Shown here: in pieces, positions 61,321 through 64,000 of the stretch
How the letters are laid out: every line of letters starts with the position of its first letter
Position numbering within the stretch: position 1 is the first letter of the stretch
From: Desulfurellaceae bacterium
GTDB taxonomy: Bacteria; Desulfobacterota; Binatia; Bin18
Direction of reading: 5' to 3'
Length of the DNA stretch: 64,000 nt
NCBI GenBank assembly: GCA_021296095.1
Contig: JAGWBB010000005.1
Span: 2,937-66,936, forward strand
Program-made: the position numbers and the translations under genes
The notes under the pieces: model-generated
Told to the model about the DNA's origin: nothing
Databases searched by the model: none
Seen by the model: the letters and a program-made list of their open reading frames with translations, nothing else

Positions 61321-62019
61321 CTACACCCCGCGTTTAGCCCCCCACAGGGCGACGTGGAGGCGATAGCTGAGTCGGTAGCCGTACTGTATACAGGCTTCGA
61401 CCAAGTCCCGGGCCAGAGCGTTCAGCCGCCCGGCCTCGGTCGCTTCGGGCATCAGCATAACCCGCTCGGACGGCAGATCGAAGCGCGCTATCAGGTCTGA
61501 CACCTCGGCAAGGTCCGAAGCTGCGGTGAGGACAAATTTGAAAGAGGCGTTCGGCAGGGCCGCAAAGGCCCGCAGGGCTTCGGGCCGTAGCCGCTTGTCG
61601 GTCGGATTGCCCGAGTTGTCCAGCTTGGGCGAGACGTTCCAGCGGGTGGTGATGGCGGTCAGCCGCGCATCGGGCACGAGGGTGCCGGCGGTCTCGACCT
61701 CGCTGGTCCAGCCCTCCAGCCGTCTCAGCAGGCTGACAAGAGCCGGCTGTTGCAGCAGCGGTTCCCCACCGGTCACGACCAGGTTCCTCGGCCGCAGACG
61801 CTGAAGCGCGTCTACGGTTTGATCGAGGCTGTATTCACGGACCTCTTTGCGGATGTCGTAGGCGTGCCAGTCCCAGGTATATTTGGTGTCGCACCAGCCA
61901 CAGCGCAGGTTACAGTGGGCCAGGCGCAGAAAGACGGACGGCACGCCCAAAGAGACGCCCTCACCCTGGACGCTCTCGAATATCTCGGACACGAGCAGCC
62001 GGTCGGGTGGTGTCGTCAT
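61321..62019 (-). CDS. queE: 7-carboxy-7-deazaguanine synthase (radical SAM)
   Basis: 232 aa. EIFESVQGEGVSLGVPSVFLRLAHCNLRCGWCDTKYTW is the QueE Cx14CxxC-type radical-SAM N-terminus. Confidence 0.85.
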   Translation of the reverse strand: MTTPPDRLLVSEIFESVQGEGVSLGVPSVFLRLAHCNLRCGWCDTKYTWDWHAYDIRKEVREYSLDQTVDALQRLRPRNLVVTGGEPLLQQPALVSLLRRLEGWTSEVETAGTLVPDARLTAITTRWNVSPKLDNSGNPTDKRLRPEALRAFAALPNASFKFVLTAASDLAEVSDLIARFDLPSERVMLMPEATEAGRLNALARDLVEACIQYGYRLSYRLHVALWGAKRGV

Positions 62020-62021
62020 GT

Positions 62022-63995
62022 TTATTCCTGCGGCAGGCCGAGCTGACGCTGTTCGGCGGCCTCGACATAGGCTGCGGCGTCTTCGTCCAGCAGTAGACCC
62101 TGGGCGACGAGCCGTTGGGCCGCAGCCCTGACTGCCTGGACGTAGCGGCCTTGGGTGACGTAGCGTTCCTCAAGAGACAGACGGGGGTCGCCGCTGGTCA
62201 GCCGCTCGGCCTTGGTCGTGGCGAACGGAATAAAAGAGCCCATTGCCGAGCATTCGTCCTTGGGCGTATTGGCCAGCAGGTTCCAGCCCGTATAGGTGCC
62301 GAGGGGAACCGCCATATCCGGCAGCTGAATGCCCGCCACGTCGATCCCGTCCGGCGTGACCCTGGGTACCAGGGTCGGATAGGCGCGACCGGTCTCGCGC
62401 GGGGGCAGGCTGCTGATGATGCCGCGGTCGAACTCGGGACCGTAGTCGTACAGCTCACGGATGCTGGTCACTCCGGTATACGCCACCCCCGGAATCTGGG
62501 GAAAACCAAGGCTGGATTGCGGCTGGGGTGGGACGAGCGTGCCGTCGCTCAACCGTGGCACCTGGCTGGACGGCGGCTCTTTGTCGGTCGTCACCCAGTC
62601 GGTCAGCGCGGCCAGCAGCGCCCGCAGAGCCGGGCCGGGACTGATCGGGTTCTGGAGCTGTTGGCAGCTGCCGCGTCCGGACGCCACCCCGTGGGCGATG
62701 CTCGACAGCAGGTAAAAACGTACATTGGGGGGGTCGGCCAGGTCGGCGCTGCCGTCCGGCGTGGTGATGGCCAGCGACGCGCTCTTGAACCAGTAGCTGT
62801 TGGAGTCGTTGACCTCCATGATCTTGGGGCTTGTGGCCGAGGCTTCGCTACGGGCCAGGACACTATCGGTTTTGCCCGTCAGCGGATCGCACAGGGGGGA
62901 GTAGGCAAACGGAAAAACCTGCTCCGGGTAGACGTGGCTCCAACGCTGAAAGGCGGTTCGATTCGGCTGGGCAAAGCGGTAGTTGAAAAACCCGCCGCCC
63001 GCCCCGTTGATATACGGCAGCATGCCGTCGAACACCCGACGGCCGTCCTCGTCCTGGTTGCAGCCCAGATACAGAAACGGTCGATGGAAGCGGCCCGACT
63101 GCGACAGCCCGGTGGCGAGAGACCAGCTGAGCGTGTCGGCCAGAGGGTTGGGCGTGGCGTGTGTGTCGGTCTGAGCGTGGCGCACAAAGGCCACAAAATC
63201 GCGTACTGCGGCAAAGCCGATACCGGCCACGATAGGGTCGGTGGCCGGATACACAAACTGATAGATCTGACCGCTCTCGAACGGCCGCTCGTCCTGCGGC
63301 AGCAGCCCGATTGTCGACGCGTCGAGGTAGTGCCAGTCGGTCGGCGGAATAAGCCGGGGCTCATCGCTGCGGTACTCGCGCACCGTCAGACTGGCCTGAG
63401 ACGTGTCGAGGCTGGCGGCCGGATAGGTCAGCGGATAGCGGTACACGGCCTGGCCGGGCACGGCGGTCTGGACGTTATCGGCCATGATCTCTTCGAGTGC
63501 AGGACCAATAATCGGCCGGCCGTTCTCGCGGGCAACCGGAACCGTGGTGGTCAGCCGGTCGTTGCCGGCCGGGGCGGTGGCGTCCCACCCGGTCCAGACA
63601 ATGGTATAGCCCTGGCGCATGAGGTAGCCGGTCCCGGCGTCCTGGGCCGTGCACGGGTCGTTAATCGGCGGGAACTCGGGCGGCGCCCGGAACGGAAAGT
63701 TCAGCGGCAGGTAGGTGATCTTGTTGCCCCGGTTGGTGACATCGAACAGCAGGACCTTATTGCCCCGGGCCGGGTCGCACGGCTTCAGGATGTAAAAGTC
63801 GGTGGAATACTCAACCCGACCGCGGGCGTTGCGGGGCGCCAGAGCAATGTCGGTGATGACCGCGTTGAGCGGGCTGTTTGGGTCAAGCTCGCCATAGGCG
63901 CGGCCGACCAGTTTTTCATACTGGCCGACCTGACCGAAGGACAGGCCGTCAAAGGTCGGAGACTGGACGCTGTCGATAACAATCCGTGTAAGCAT
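62022..63995 (-). CDS. uncharacterised 657-aa protein, possibly alpha/beta-hydrolase-domain containing
   Basis: Long ORF with GC-rich third positions. Contains a GLSQSGR element that could be a nucleophile elbow. No confident family assignment. Its stop is 2 nt from the queE start. Confidence 0.7.
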   Translation of the reverse strand: MLTRIVIDSVQSPTFDGLSFGQVGQYEKLVGRAYGELDPNSPLNAVITDIALAPRNARGRVEYSTDFYILKPCDPARGNKVLLFDVTNRGNKITYLPLNFPFRAPPEFPPINDPCTAQDAGTGYLMRQGYTIVWTGWDATAPAGNDRLTTTVPVARENGRPIIGPALEEIMADNVQTAVPGQAVYRYPLTYPAASLDTSQASLTVREYRSDEPRLIPPTDWHYLDASTIGLLPQDERPFESGQIYQFVYPATDPIVAGIGFAAVRDFVAFVRHAQTDTHATPNPLADTLSWSLATGLSQSGRFHRPFLYLGCNQDEDGRRVFDGMLPYINGAGGGFFNYRFAQPNRTAFQRWSHVYPEQVFPFAYSPLCDPLTGKTDSVLARSEASATSPKIMEVNDSNSYWFKSASLAITTPDGSADLADPPNVRFYLLSSIAHGVASGRGSCQQLQNPISPGPALRALLAALTDWVTTDKEPPSSQVPRLSDGTLVPPQPQSSLGFPQIPGVAYTGVTSIRELYDYGPEFDRGIISSLPPRETGRAYPTLVPRVTPDGIDVAGIQLPDMAVPLGTYTGWNLLANTPKDECSAMGSFIPFATTKAERLTSGDPRLSLEERYVTQGRYVQAVRAAAQRLVAQGLLLDEDAAAYVEAAEQRQLGLPQE

Positions 63996-64000
63996 AGCTT

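Overview
This is a GC-rich, densely coding bacterial chromosomal segment with about 60 genes. All calls come from reading the sequence and ORF translations by eye; no searches or computations were run.

Most of the window is housekeeping:
- bL24 next to bL33-bL28.
- An exported M20-TldD-PmbA protease operon.
- smc-ftsY-zapB-like-zapA, then a 6S RNA candidate, then rny-tyrS-era.
- A beta-oxidation-like operon (SCP-x-type thiolase, DUF35, acyl-CoA dehydrogenase, crotonase).
- metF with a bicupin dioxygenase and a half-size MetE.
- guaB-guaA-dnaE-hflX-pgsA.
- E2-E3-lipB-lipA.
- A right-hand block of catabolic enzymes ending in queE and a 657-aa uncharacterised protein.

One clearly accessory islet lies at about 25.5-33.2 kb. 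It holds a truncated higA, a Phd/VapC pair, a three-repeat CRISPR-like array with no cas genes in the window, and a cusCBA-type heavy-metal RND efflux operon with a CzcI-like small gene.

The most unusual items:
1. A translationally coupled ferritin-like di-iron protein and a divergent HMG-CoA-reductase-fold enzyme. They are preceded by a tightly packed 38-codon Cys/Thr-rich ORF and sit among lipid genes, with no mevalonate-pathway genes in the window.
2. A promoter-like element plus an intrinsic terminator ending 30 nt before guaB.
3. A +1 frameshift in a C7 run that splits the E2 acyltransferase.
4. A remnant of an acyl-CoA-dehydrogenase 3' end, about 90% identical to the intact gene, flanking a GST gene.
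5. A haloalkane-dehalogenase-like lipoprotein lacking its nucleophile.
6. A Tat-signal TldD paired with a signal-less PmbA.
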